Source of the DNA: an uncultured Methanosarcinales archaeon
GTDB lineage: Archaea; Halobacteriota; Methanosarcinia; Methanotrichales; Methanotrichaceae
Assembly: GCA_963843555.1 (NCBI GenBank)
Contig: CAWJKV010000002.1
Span: forward strand, 1 to 64,000
Length of the DNA stretch: 64,000 nt
Direction: 5' to 3'
The notes below the pieces were generated by a model. The model was not told where the DNA came from. It searched no databases and saw only the letters and a list, made by a program, of their open reading frames with translations. This document shows positions 1-10,309 of the stretch, in pieces (position 1 is the stretch's first letter; each line of letters opens with the position of its first letter). Made by a program: the position numbers and the translations under genes.

Positions 1-533
1 TGTGCAGAGGCTGTTGACGGGGCTTTTGGCTCCGTGACAATAGCTGGTGCATAGCTGGATACGTCAGGGTTGATCCATAGAGCTTCGAACTCGCCTCGCT
101 GAGAGATCTGCCCATTGCTGACCTTCGTGAGATCGCCCATGATCGACTGGCTTTCCGGATCGATATTTCCTTTCAACAGGTTGGCGGTCTGTTCAGTGCC
201 ACTTAGAGATGTCAGGACCAGATCTACACTATTTCCTTTTACGGAACCGATAACTACGCCATTCCATGACTGGCCGCTATCTGGCTCATATTTTGCCTGG
301 CCATAGAGGTTTTCGCCCTCCTGTTCGAGGACCATGATCACAGGGCCTGTTTCTATTCCCATTACAGACCAGATGTAGCTCAGATTAGGGACAGAACCAT
401 TGCCGCTTTCATTTAATTCGCGAATATTTGTCTCATTGGTCGAATTATTCAGAGACTGAGCCTGCGCCAGAGACGGACACGCGGCTATGATGAATATGAG
501 CACCAGAGGAAGAATCATAAGTCTCTTTATCAA
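1..533 (-). CDS. Secreted hypothetical protein (3' end outside window), paralog of the next gene
   Basis: Minus-strand frame TTG(533)/ATG(518) MILPLVLIFIIAACPSLAQA (signal peptide), then LSYIWSVMG..VLEQEGENLYGQAKYEP..WNG..VDL matching 821..1627. Confidence 0.75.
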   Translation of the reverse strand, partial: MIKRLMILPLVLIFIIAACPSLAQAQSLNNSTNETNIRELNESGNGSVPNLSYIWSVMGIETGPVIMVLEQEGENLYGQAKYEPDSGQSWNGVVIGSVKGNSVDLVLTSLSGTEQTANLLKGNIDPESQSIMGDLTKVSNGQISQRGEFEALWINPDVSSYAPAIVTEPKAPSTASA

Positions 534-820
534 TTTCAGGCCTCCAATTTTGCCGTTGGTTTTTCAACTTTCGACGATGAATGATAATCAAGTATTCGTC
601 ATTTGACAATAAGCATCTTTCTCATCTTCTTCCATATTAAGCCTTTCAAATTGCAGGCGTTTCAAATCCCAAAAGCCTTCTCCCAAAACGAGTCGATCGC
701 ACAGGCCAAAGCTCCCAAGGCTCCGATCCGAAATGATGCAGAGATAAGATCAAAGGTGTATTTTAAAAATAGAAAAAAGGAAGCGGCATTTCACTTCTCT
801 CTGCCGCTAATCCTCTTGAT

Positions 821-1627
821 CTAGAGGCTTCCGCCCATGCCGGGTGGAACGCCGCTGAGGTCGCCGCCTGGACCCATCTTATCGGCATACTCGCGGACAT
901 CAACAAACCTTGATTTGGGCTTTTCCGCCGTTTCTGTCTCGCTGGGTGAGGTCGCCGCATCAGCAGAGGCGTCTACGGTTGCTTGAGTCTCCGCTGCCGC
1001 TATGGGCTCCTCGATGGTAGCAGAAATATAGCTGGATGTATCCGGGCTGATCTGCATGGCGGTGAAGGTGCCTTTGTTTATGATCTTACCCAGACTTGTC
1101 TGCGTATAATTGCCTTGAATGGTTCCATTCAGGTTATCCAGGATCCCGGAGAGCTTTGAACTTACCAGCTCGTTATCCTTCTGGGCGGTGATGGTCAGAT
1201 CCACCTTATCGCCGGCAATGGCTCCTGTGACTTCAGCATTCCAGGCCATGCCGCCTTGGGGCTCGTACTTGGCCTGGCCGAAGAGATCCGTGCCGTCCTG
1301 GTCCAGGACCATGGTGATCTGATCTGCCTCGACACCCGTAACGGCCCAGATGAACTTCAGATTAGTGCCTGCGATCGCATTCCCTTCACCGGTTACATTC
1401 CCGGGAAGGGTTGCATTTGATGCTATGGTCGCGTTCGCAAGCTGGCTCTCATTTGTGACAACGGTTATGTTTCCCGGAGAGACGATGCTTACTGCAGCAG
1501 TTGTATTATTCAGTGCAGTTGTATTATTCTCCATAGTACTCGTATTATTGGCGGACTGACCCAGGGACAGGCCTGCTGTAAAGAGGAACACAAGCAGTAG
1601 GGGAAGAATCATGTATTTCTTATTCAA
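821..1627 (-). CDS. Secreted hypothetical protein, Asn/Thr-rich N-terminus
   Basis: ORF 821..1735; likely start TTG 1627 or ATG 1612 before hydrophobic signal peptide MILPLLLVFLFTAGLSLG; many N-x-T/S sequons. Confidence 0.8.
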   Translation of the reverse strand: MNKKYMILPLLLVFLFTAGLSLGQSANNTSTMENNTTALNNTTAAVSIVSPGNITVVTNESQLANATIASNATLPGNVTGEGNAIAGTNLKFIWAVTGVEADQITMVLDQDGTDLFGQAKYEPQGGMAWNAEVTGAIAGDKVDLTITAQKDNELVSSKLSGILDNLNGTIQGNYTQTSLGKIINKGTFTAMQISPDTSSYISATIEEPIAAAETQATVDASADAATSPSETETAEKPKSRFVDVREYADKMGPGGDLSGVPPGMGGSL

Positions 1628-1993
1628 GTTATATGCCTCCAATGATTTCCAACCATTTGGCGATAGGCTTTTCGTCATTTGCCTATAACGTACTTCCCAG
1701 TCGCATCTTCTCCTTAATAAGCTTTTGTCGAGCATCTCTTAGGCAGGCTGGAAGTTTTGGATCACCGTCGATATCGGGAGCTGGCTTGGATGCGGGTTGC
1801 ATTGGTCTGAATCGGGATGCTGAGGGCCTGGCGGGGGGCGCAGCAGGCCTGTTGCCTTGTTCGGGTCGAGTGGATGGCCGCCAACGTCGGGACGCCCGCT
1901 CATGCGGCTTCGCATAGATAGGGCGGGCCAGAGATCCGGGTCAAAAAAGAAGATGCATTTGATTCCTGTGAGCGTTTTCCGGATTGTTGTCTT

Positions 1994-2410
1994 TTAACAA
2001 TGCCCACACCAGCTCACTTCATTTACCTCAGCGACAATGGTATCAGAAAACCTGTTGAAAGCCCTCTGGCCGCTTCCTTTGTAGGCAATCCATCCGAAAA
2101 GGCAGTCCAGCGGCAGGAAAAAAGCCTTGCCGAAGCTCTCCAGGGCCGAATCTCGAAACCCTATCTTCTCGCCCACAGGACCCACCACCACTACGTTCAT
2201 GAGCATCTTTCCCAGAGACTGACCGCGGTAGCCCTCCAGTGCCGTCCAGTAGATAAAAAGCAGTACCGCAAGGATCCCCAGTCCCTCTGCACTATTGGCA
2301 CCAGCAGTTGAAATGGTCATGACGCTGGACCACGGGATTGCCACAAGAAGCACATCGATCAGCCAGGCCCAGAATCGGTCTTTCCAGCTCGCTCTCACTA
2401 TCGCATCCAT
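1994..2410 (-). CDS. RDD family membrane protein
   Basis: A.W.DRFWAWLID...GQSLGKMLM..VV...QR..NRFSDTIV, typical RDD pattern. Confidence 0.85.
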   Translation of the reverse strand: MDAIVRASWKDRFWAWLIDVLLVAIPWSSVMTISTAGANSAEGLGILAVLLFIYWTALEGYRGQSLGKMLMNVVVVGPVGEKIGFRDSALESFGKAFFLPLDCLFGWIAYKGSGQRAFNRFSDTIVAEVNEVSWCGHC

Positions 2411-2446
2411 TTGGTGATCCTCTCAAGCTTTTATATCATATCTTCA

Positions 2447-2823
2447 TTATTTTTTAAAATTGTATCCGCAAGTGTGAACCCTTCTTATGTCCTCAGGCGT
2501 GAGCGGAAAAGCTTTGCATATGCTCGGCCTCATCCTATATATCTTGCAGCGTTTGCCTCTGGCATCGAGTGCAGGGCAGCCATGGCAGCATCTGCCGCAT
2601 CTTGCGCAGTCTCCGCTCCTTTTGGCTCGCCATTTCACTACCTGGCTTCTTTTGGCATACCAAAAGACCCTTCTTCTGATCCATCCGTCCAACATTGCCA
2701 AACCATCGTTAATCTGTGCCAGAGCGGCATGGTGTTCTCGGCTGGCTCCTCACCTGCTACATCTCGGGCCCTGGCCCTTAATCCTTTTGAGATACCAAAA
2801 CGATTAAAAAGATTACGACTCAT
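2447..2823 (-). CDS. YkgJ-like cysteine cluster (Zn/Fe-chelating) protein, apparent frameshift near 2700
   Basis: CARCGRCC..CPALD..RCKIY..RP.IC..FP motif; N-terminal part is in another frame (2638..2823). Confidence 0.7.
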
Positions 2824-2941
2824 ATGAAATCTTACAGCTTCAATTAGACCTCGAAATGATATACTCTCGCGGAAGGCGTCTTCGAGCAGCAGAAGGAGAG
2901 CCGAGATGTTGAGCGTCAGAGCTTTTCCTATCTCTTAACTT

Positions 2942-4519
2942 TTAAGTAGTTTCAATTTGTCTGCAATCCCCAGCATTTCTGTAAAGAATATTATAAGCGC
3001 AGAACGGTATGACCCTCCCGTCAGGCAAAGAATAATGGATGCCACATCTCTGCAGCCTCTCCAGATCAATATTATAGGCATCCTGGAAGTGCATGGTTCC
3101 AATAAAAAGGGTCTTTTTATGGAACTCTCTCAAAGATTCACGTGTCCCATTTCTAAAGATGCTGATGAGCATTCGAGTTAATTTCAGGTCGCTTGGTGCC
3201 AGATCCTCATCCACAAACTTGGGCAGCTCCTTTAATATCATGCCGGTCATCTTAAGCTTACTAAAGCTGGATCCATTGAAGTTCTCAGCCTCTATCCTGA
3301 TTCTTTCCAGCAGCCCTTCGACATCGATAAATCTCGTCAAGGGAACCAGACGGCCATTGAACTTGTAAACGTAGGTAGCAGCGCCGCAGCAAGGATGAAT
3401 GGTAAAGACAGGTTGGACCCTATCTGACTGTGCAGCTAATAGCTCAGATAGTGGAATTATGAAAGGTATGGGATAAAAGTCATCCCGTGTAATCTCGTTG
3501 TTCATCTGCTCCTCTAAAAGGGCAAAGAAATCTGGTATAGTTATCCTTTTTTCTGCTCTTTCCTCTGCATCCATCCTTCCAGTGAACGAGATAGGCTGGA
3601 AGTTCACACCATTAACTATATCCAGGTTTTTAGAGGCGAATCCAACTATTTCTCCCACCTGATGATCATTTATGCCCTTTGCAAGCGTTGGAACCAGCAC
3701 CACGCTTTCCAGGCCTGCCTTTTTTAAATTCTCCAGGGCCTGAAGCTTTATTGGCAGAATATCCCGGCCGCGATTCGATATATATGGCTCAGGAGTTACT
3801 CCATCGAACTGGAGGTAGGCCGTGTTCAGGCCGCTTTTCTGGATCGATTTGCAAAATTCCAGACTTTTAGCGAGGCGCAGGCCATTAGTCGCTATCTGGA
3901 TCTGCGAAAAACCCAATTTTTTAGCAAGGCTAATTATCTTTGGCAGATCGTCTCTCAGGGTCGGCTCGCCACCAGAAAACTGTACGGCCGGACAGGGGGC
4001 CGGTTTTTCTGCTCTGAGATTTTTCATCATAGACCAAATTTCGTCCAAACTGGGGTCCAGATGGTCGCCTCCGGCATCAGCAAAACATATAGGACAGGCC
4101 ATATTGCATCTGCTGGTCAGATCTATGTTACCAAGCAGGGTGCTCGTGATATGATTTTTGCAGATGCCGCAATCGAGAGGACATCCCTTTTGCTCTGAGG
4201 TAAGGTTGCTTGATTTGTGACCGTTCTGCAAATACTTAATGAATCTTTTATATAATATTGCATCGGACCAATAAATCTCCCGAAAACTTCCATGATCATC
4301 GCACTCTTTCTCCATGAGGACCTTGCCATTCTCCTGAAATATGTGTGCTGAAACCACCTTGAGGCATACAGGACACAGAGAGGATACCGTTTTATCAATA
4401 GCACCCCTCGAAATGTCGGTCAAGGTAATATCCGTACCTTTCGCATTGTCCGCGATGGGCACGTCCCAACATATGACGGAGTCAGACTGAACAAATGGTC
4501 CTTCACGGATTCTTGACAT
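2942..4519 (-). CDS. tes: Radical SAM protein, tetraether lipid synthase (Tes/GDGT-MAS, MJ0619) family
   Basis: N-terminal CPVC..ECDDHG site, GCPLDCGICKNH, CNMACPIC radical SAM motif, SGGEPT, HPCCG, C-terminal RCGIHY..PDGRVIPFCAYN. Confidence 0.8.
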   Translation of the reverse strand: MSRIREGPFVQSDSVICWDVPIADNAKGTDITLTDISRGAIDKTVSSLCPVCLKVVSAHIFQENGKVLMEKECDDHGSFREIYWSDAILYKRFIKYLQNGHKSSNLTSEQKGCPLDCGICKNHITSTLLGNIDLTSRCNMACPICFADAGGDHLDPSLDEIWSMMKNLRAEKPAPCPAVQFSGGEPTLRDDLPKIISLAKKLGFSQIQIATNGLRLAKSLEFCKSIQKSGLNTAYLQFDGVTPEPYISNRGRDILPIKLQALENLKKAGLESVVLVPTLAKGINDHQVGEIVGFASKNLDIVNGVNFQPISFTGRMDAEERAEKRITIPDFFALLEEQMNNEITRDDFYPIPFIIPLSELLAAQSDRVQPVFTIHPCCGAATYVYKFNGRLVPLTRFIDVEGLLERIRIEAENFNGSSFSKLKMTGMILKELPKFVDEDLAPSDLKLTRMLISIFRNGTRESLREFHKKTLFIGTMHFQDAYNIDLERLQRCGIHYSLPDGRVIPFCAYNILYRNAGDCRQIETT

Positions 4520-4689
4520 CTTGTTTCCTCTTCACGCTCTTGTTTTCTGATTATGTAATTTATAGCTTTCTCTTGTCTTCCCCATATTTAATTTATAGAT
4601 AGTTAAAGAGGACATCAGAAAAGCATGAAAAGTTATGACGGCAATACACTGATCGTAGGTCTCTTGACATCTAATTGGAAAAATAACTC

Positions 4690-5290
4690 GGAAGTGTCTC
4701 GAATTTGCTGTAATTTCGTAGATGCTCTGTATCTACTACTATTCTATTCCTCTATAGATAAATACTTTGCCTGTTATTCATTCATTATTTTATTAATCAA
4801 GATACACTTTGCCAACTTATTTCATCATTTTGATTCCTTATGCGCATCAGATCTCACCGTAATTACACTTCTCAGCCCCTATCCTTAAGACTCGGAAACG
4901 GAGCTGTCCAAAAAACCGTTACCTTCTGATTCTGCTACGCTGGCCCCAAGAATATCTCTAAGGCCATCTTCGCGAATTCGTGACAATAAGGAGAGTTCTG
5001 ATTTTGCACCGAGCCCTCGTGTCTAACTTCAAAATATATTGTATCCACAAGAAGATAACGGATCATGGCTTCAATCGGCTTCTTGAGAACTCAACAACTT
5101 TTCGTCCAGAATTTTGCATTCGAGAGACTTCAAATGAGGATAGCCTATCCAGACCAAAGCTTTGACCAACTCCTCCATCCTTAGCGTCGAAACATCTTGA
5201 AATATGCGATTCTGCTATTGTTATCAGCAATGCCTCAACACGAGAATATCTCTCAAAACTTACAGATACCTTTGATGAGAAGCTATGTTT
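4690..5290 (-). mobile_element. Degenerate IS256-family element remnant
   Basis: Frame-hopping translation gives FERYSRVE, QDVSTLRMEELVKAL, RYLLVDTIYFEVR, IREDGLRDILGASVAESE, LKDRG, SDAHK (IS256 DDE transposase segments); terminus-like GGAAGTGTCTCGAATTTGCTGTAATTT at 4690. Confidence 0.75.
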
Positions 5291-5341
5291 CATACAAAAC
5301 CTTTAAACCTCAGTAGGTGCGTTAGATCGGTAGGTGGTCCT

Positions 5342-5770
5342 ATGTCAGTCAATCTCTGTGCATTAATTTTGGCTATTGTTGCCTTGATGACTATAAATAT
5401 CACGACTGGTGCGAGAGATGCTTACACGGTTAATATGGTCGACAGCAAAGAATTCGGGAACTATTTAACCAATGAGACATTCTTTACACTCTATCGTTAT
5501 TTGAGCGATCCTCAGGATAAAGAAATAAGCACCTGCTATGGCAGTTGTGCCAGGATATGGCAGCCTTTCTATGAAGAAAATTTGACTATAAATCCCGAGT
5601 TGAAATCCATAGATTTCGATGTCATCACCCGAGATGACGGCGAAAAACAGCTTACATATAAAGGGTGGCCGCTCTACCTATATAGTAAGGATACCAAACC
5701 CCTTGAGACCAATGGACAGTCAATAGACGGCCTATGGTTCGTGGTCAATCCACAAAACCTCACCAGATAG
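5342..5770 (+). CDS. Secreted protein, COG4315/Lipoprotein_15 repeat family
   Basis: Signal peptide; TLYRY..D...STCYGSCARIWQPF...RDDGEKQLTYKGWPLYLYSKD..G.SIDGLWFVV. Confidence 0.85.
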   Translation: MSVNLCALILAIVALMTINITTGARDAYTVNMVDSKEFGNYLTNETFFTLYRYLSDPQDKEISTCYGSCARIWQPFYEENLTINPELKSIDFDVITRDDGEKQLTYKGWPLYLYSKDTKPLETNGQSIDGLWFVVNPQNLTR

Positions 5771-5806
5771 CTTATTCAATTAGCTATCTCCATATTTTAT
5801 TACATC

Positions 5807-6519
5807 GGGAGCGCGGAGGGTCACGAATACCCCGACCTTCAGGTCGGGGATGAAGTGAACCCTCGCCCGTTCTTTGTGCTCTCTTAAATCGATAAAACGA
5901 TTGCTTCTTTTAAAATGAGGTTGTACTTGGCACCTTAGCCACAGGTGGTGCCACCCACCTATGGCTAGGATGTGATAAGCGTTGGAATTGTGCAGTTTTA
6001 GCCATGGCTATGGTCAAATCACCTACCACATCGTGCTGGTGCCCAAGTATCGATACAGAATATTCTACAATAGGCAAGTTAAAAAGGATTGCGAGTTGAT
6101 CCTCAAAAATATTTGCATGGAGCAAGGCTACAAAATTCATGCCATGGAAATTGTAGCGGATCATGTTCACTTGTTCTTGGAATTCCACCCAAGCACTTCT
6201 CTATCAAAAGTCGTTCAATATTTGAAAGGAGGCAGTTCGCATAGGTTGTTCAAGCTTCATCCTGAATTGAAGAAACGCTATTGGGGTGGAAACCTATGGT
6301 CAAGTGGCAAGTTCTTTCGATCCGTAGGAAATGTGACTGCTGATACAATCAAGCACTATATTAAGGAATCTCAGGGGAAACCGAAAGCGGAGTTCCAATC
6401 GTATGGATCAAGGGGATCTGGGCAACGAAGACTCGACGATTTCTGGATTCCATAAAACCGGGCGTGAGGGCGTGCGGCCCGAAGCATACCCCATCCTTTA
6501 GGGTGGGGTGGCCGCACGC
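5807..6519 (+). mobile_element. IS200-type insertion sequence (tnpA only)
   Basis: Subterminal hairpins CCCCGACCT-TC-AGGTCGGGG (about 5829-5850) and GCGTGCGGCC..ACCCCATCC-TTTA-GGGTGGGGT-GGCCGCACGC (about 6470-6519) flank a Y1 transposase; exact ends approximate. Confidence 0.85.
5982..6455 (+). CDS. tnpA: IS200/IS605 family Y1 (HUH) transposase
   Basis: YHIVLVPKYR, DHVHLF (HUH), LKGGSS, LWSSGKF.RSVG, TIKHYIKESQ. Confidence 0.95.
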   Translation: MELCSFSHGYGQITYHIVLVPKYRYRIFYNRQVKKDCELILKNICMEQGYKIHAMEIVADHVHLFLEFHPSTSLSKVVQYLKGGSSHRLFKLHPELKKRYWGGNLWSSGKFFRSVGNVTADTIKHYIKESQGKPKAEFQSYGSRGSGQRRLDDFWIP

Positions 6520-6686
6520 AGTTTGATCTCAGCGAATTTTCAGCTTGGTCCTGCATTAAAATAGAGTTCTCGATAGGTATTCGAGTCACAATTTGTAATA
6601 ACTATGATATTCGGTCCGCAAGCGCAGCGTTCTCGGATCATACATGTTCGACTTATTGGATCGGAGTGGTATCTATCTGATAATTA

Positions 6687-7745
6687 TCAAAAAAATATTG
6701 ATGACGAATCCGTTGATCGTCTTGGGAATTGTGCCTTAGCTGGAACTCTGAAGCAAATGCAATCGAAGACGCCTCTGGCGGACTTGAAGGCCTCTGCATC
6801 TGCATAGTTCATGTCATTAAATCCGCCAAAACAGCAGGGCAGCCATGGATCTTCCTCCTCTGCCTCCTCTGAGGATATGTAAAGATTCATATTCTTCTTA
6901 ATGTGAAAGCTCCCCAGGTAATCCTCATCTATCTCTATCAAAGGCTTCTTCCAGTTTTTCATTGCCAGGCCGAGGACTTGAACCTCCTCTGACTCTTCTT
7001 CCGATTCATCTTCTGATTCTTCCTCAGGCTCTTCATCCACCGGGATTCCCTGAATCTGAAGCACTCCAAAGTGCGCCCGGCCATCAACCAGATCCTCTTC
7101 TATGTTCATTGTGGTATTTGTGGCATCTGATTGAGCATCAAGCACCTTATTCAATCCTTGAGCGTGATCCACACGATGATACAAAGAATTCAAACCATCG
7201 CGGTTCTTGATCCAATCTTCTTCTTTCAATAGGGAATTGAAGACAACGGGATTGAGACTATAGTACCCTGATCCAAGGCCCATTACCAACGGGCTGTAAG
7301 TCATTTTGCTATCTTCTTTCATCTGAACAACGCTAGTGGCTTCTTCCTCATCCTCGATCACCTCACCATCTTCGTCGTAAGCCCCGTTGATCCAGGTCTT
7401 ATTGATGTATCAACTCTCTGCATATATTATTGAATCAATATCTATCGTCCCGCTGCCGTGGGCTTTGTTCTTCGCCTCAACGCCGTTGGACAGGCGTCCT
7501 TCAGTTCCAAGGACATCCGGCATTTGAGCATATTTATAGGCAGCAAAGAAGCCTGTGCCGATCACGTTCTGTCCAAAGTTGAATTTCAGATTTTTCTCTT
7601 CCAATGTTGTCGGATTGTTATATGCAGCATTATTCTCCTCTAATTGCTCCTCATTTTCCAAGTTATCGGCTGTGGCAATGCCCATCAGCAGAAAGAAAGC
7701 CAGCAATAAGATAATCTCTCTCAGATCATTCCCTCCCTGATACAT
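6687..7745 (-). pseudogene. Secreted acidic hypothetical protein interrupted by one in-frame TGA at 7410-7412
   Basis: ORFs 7410..7745 and 6687..7361 share a frame (IIYAES*YINKTWINGAYDEDGEVIED); signal peptide; C-terminal WLPCC..CIC. Confidence 0.65.
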
Positions 7746-8228
7746 CTCGATGTTAGCACGTATAGCTTATATTATTTTAAGATATCCACTAATAATTAAC
7801 TGATGTAACATGAATTCATAACCTTTTCTCTCATATTTATTAAAAGTACTAAAATAATCAAAACGGTCAAAAATCGTATGTTGCTCCGATCGATGATAAA
7901 GTCGTGCATATAATGCTCTACATGCACCAGTGGTTTCCATGCTCATGCGTATCATACCCGGGCATGGGAATCGATTCCATCTGAGAGTAGCTCGCGTGCC
8001 AGGTGTGTTTGGTGTGAGGTTTCTTCGAGTCTCCCTATTCAATTTTCACCATCTGGCTCTGCTAAGTAATGAACTGCCCTGGTATTTATGCCAAAACCAG
8101 TAACTGCCAGGATAATGTGCCACTATTTTCTTACCCGATTAAGGCATACGAATCAGGGATAATTGTTACTCTATATGATTGAAGATAGTCTTTTATAATT
8201 GAATGATATTTTGGTATCTGGTGAAACT

Positions 8229-8948
8229 ATGCATATTCCTGATGGCTATCTAGGGCCAAATACATACATAGCATTTTGGATCATTATGATCCCTATCTGG
8301 TATTATGCCGGAAAGAGACTGAGTAAGGAGCTGAGATCCAGGCAGGTTCCGCTGCTGGCCCTGGCGGCCGCTTTCTCCTTTGTCATTATGATGTTCAATG
8401 TGCCAATTCCGGGAGGCAGCACTGGCCACGCTGTAGGCGGCGCAATAATTGCCATCGTCCTGGGACCCTGGGCGGCAGTAATAGCCATCACCGTGGCTCT
8501 TGTATTGCAGGCATTGATGTTCGGTGATGGAGGAATAACTGCCATTGCCGCCAACTGCTTCAATATGGCAGTAGTGATGCCGTTTGTGGCATACTATACT
8601 TACAAATTTATCAGCGGGAATACAGATATTACATCTTCGAGAAGGGTCATTGCAGCGGGCATAGCAGGTTACATTTCGTTAGTTGCTGCTGCCGCTCTTA
8701 CTGGCTTTGAGTTCGGGATACAGCCCATCCTGAATCACACCCCCGAAGGAGTCCCGCTCTATATGCCCTATCCCCTGAGCATAACAATGCCAGCCATGCT
8801 AATAGAGCACGTTTTCGGATTTGGCATCCTGGAGGCTCTGATTACTGCATTGATCTTTGCCTACATACAGAGGACAGATTCATCACTACTCTACGGAGAG
8901 AAATCTGTTGCGCAAAAGAACAAAATGAAGAATACAGTCCCGGCCTGA
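8229..8948 (+). CDS. cbiM: Co/Ni ECF transporter substrate-binding component CbiM/NikM
   Basis: Invariant N-terminus MHIPDGYL, FNVPIPGGSTGHAVG, LMFGDGGITAIAAN. Confidence 0.95.
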   Translation: MHIPDGYLGPNTYIAFWIIMIPIWYYAGKRLSKELRSRQVPLLALAAAFSFVIMMFNVPIPGGSTGHAVGGAIIAIVLGPWAAVIAITVALVLQALMFGDGGITAIAANCFNMAVVMPFVAYYTYKFISGNTDITSSRRVIAAGIAGYISLVAAAALTGFEFGIQPILNHTPEGVPLYMPYPLSITMPAMLIEHVFGFGILEALITALIFAYIQRTDSSLLYGEKSVAQKNKMKNTVPA

Positions 8949-8949
8949 G

Positions 8950-9273
8950 GTGGATAACATGGAGAAAATAGTCAGAAACTTTGCCATTGGCCTTGCATTG
9001 CTGATAATCCTGGCACCCTTAGGACTCTTAGCTGTCGGAGAGACCTTTGGCGAGTGGAGCGTGGAGGAGGTCGAGGAGAAACTGGGCTTTGTGCCTCCGG
9101 GATTGGAGCAGCTCTCGTCGCTTTGGGGTGCACCTTTGCCGGATTATGCCATACCAGGCAGCGGCGATTCAATGACCGTATCAGCGGCTGCCTATATCCT
9201 GTCTGCGTTGATAGGAGTTGCGATATGTGGCGGGCTGCTGTACTTCATGGGAAAAAAGGTTGCCAAAGACTAG
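8950..9273 (+). CDS. PDGLE-domain small component (NikN/CbiN-like)
   Basis: PLGLLA..TFGEW..E...PLPDY, two TM helices, directly after cbiM. Confidence 0.85.
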   Translation: MDNMEKIVRNFAIGLALLIILAPLGLLAVGETFGEWSVEEVEEKLGFVPPGLEQLSSLWGAPLPDYAIPGSGDSMTVSAAAYILSALIGVAICGGLLYFMGKKVAKD

Positions 9274-9366
9274 CGGCACTTCTTTTCTCCCTTTTTGAAC
9301 CTCAAATCTCGACAGATTCATCAGCAATACTTGATCGCTATTTGAAGTGCGGACACCCGAGGAATT

Positions 9367-10305
9367 ATGCTACCTGAATGGATGAAAGAAGTGGATGTGG
9401 GTCCTTGCAATTGCTCTGCAATATATCATGGCAAGAAGGGCTTTGTGGGGAAGACGATTGATGGAATCTTCGACTTTATCCAGGAAGCTTTCATTTCTGA
9501 GACCTACGCCAAGCGCAATGGCCTGCTGCAGAGCCTGGATCCAAGAGCCAAGCTGATCTCCATTCTGGCGGTGATATTTGCTACCAGTACGATAGGAGAC
9601 TTAAACGTACTGATATTTGTCTACCTGCTAACGTTGCTTTTTGCACATCTCAGCAAGATCAATGTAGGATTCTTCATCAAACGGGTCTGGCTCTTCATTC
9701 CCATCTTTGCGGGCATCATCGCCCTGCCCATGATCTTCAATATCTTTCTGCCCGGGCAATGCATATTTCAGGTGGCATACCTTGGGCCCGGTGCCCACCT
9801 GGGACCCTTTTCACTTCCGGCCAACATTTGCATCACCGAGCAGGGAGTTAACATGGCTATCATTTTCACAATGCGAGTAGCAACCTGCGTCTCGGCCGTG
9901 GTTCTGCTTTTCATCACTACACCGCAGCAGGTGCTCTTTAAATCCGTGCGCTCTGTAGGCGTCCCCAAGATCTATGTTCTGACGCTGGAGATGGCCTATA
10001 GATACATCTTTTTGCTGATGGACATGGTGCGCGAGATGTACGTTGCCAAGAAAGCCAGGACCATTAAGTCTCGAAGCATGTTCGAGGAGCAGAAATGGGT
10101 TGGCGGGCGCATGGGCTATACGCTGATACGATCTATAGATATGAGCGAAAAAGTCCACATGGCCATGATGTCACGGGGGTTCAATGGCGACGTTAAGGTC
10201 ATGCAGCATTTCAAGATGAAAAATCGAGATTATTTTGCAGCCGCAGCAGGCTTATCGCTAAGCGTATTGCTTGTATTGATCTCCCAGGACATTATTCGGG
10301 TATAA
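9367..10305 (+). CDS. cbiQ: Co/Ni ECF transporter T component
   Basis: LQSLDPRAKL, MAYRYIFLL, AKKAR, AMMSRGF. Confidence 0.93.
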   Translation: MLPEWMKEVDVGPCNCSAIYHGKKGFVGKTIDGIFDFIQEAFISETYAKRNGLLQSLDPRAKLISILAVIFATSTIGDLNVLIFVYLLTLLFAHLSKINVGFFIKRVWLFIPIFAGIIALPMIFNIFLPGQCIFQVAYLGPGAHLGPFSLPANICITEQGVNMAIIFTMRVATCVSAVVLLFITTPQQVLFKSVRSVGVPKIYVLTLEMAYRYIFLLMDMVREMYVAKKARTIKSRSMFEEQKWVGGRMGYTLIRSIDMSEKVHMAMMSRGFNGDVKVMQHFKMKNRDYFAAAAGLSLSVLLVLISQDIIRV

Positions 10306-10309
10306 GAGC

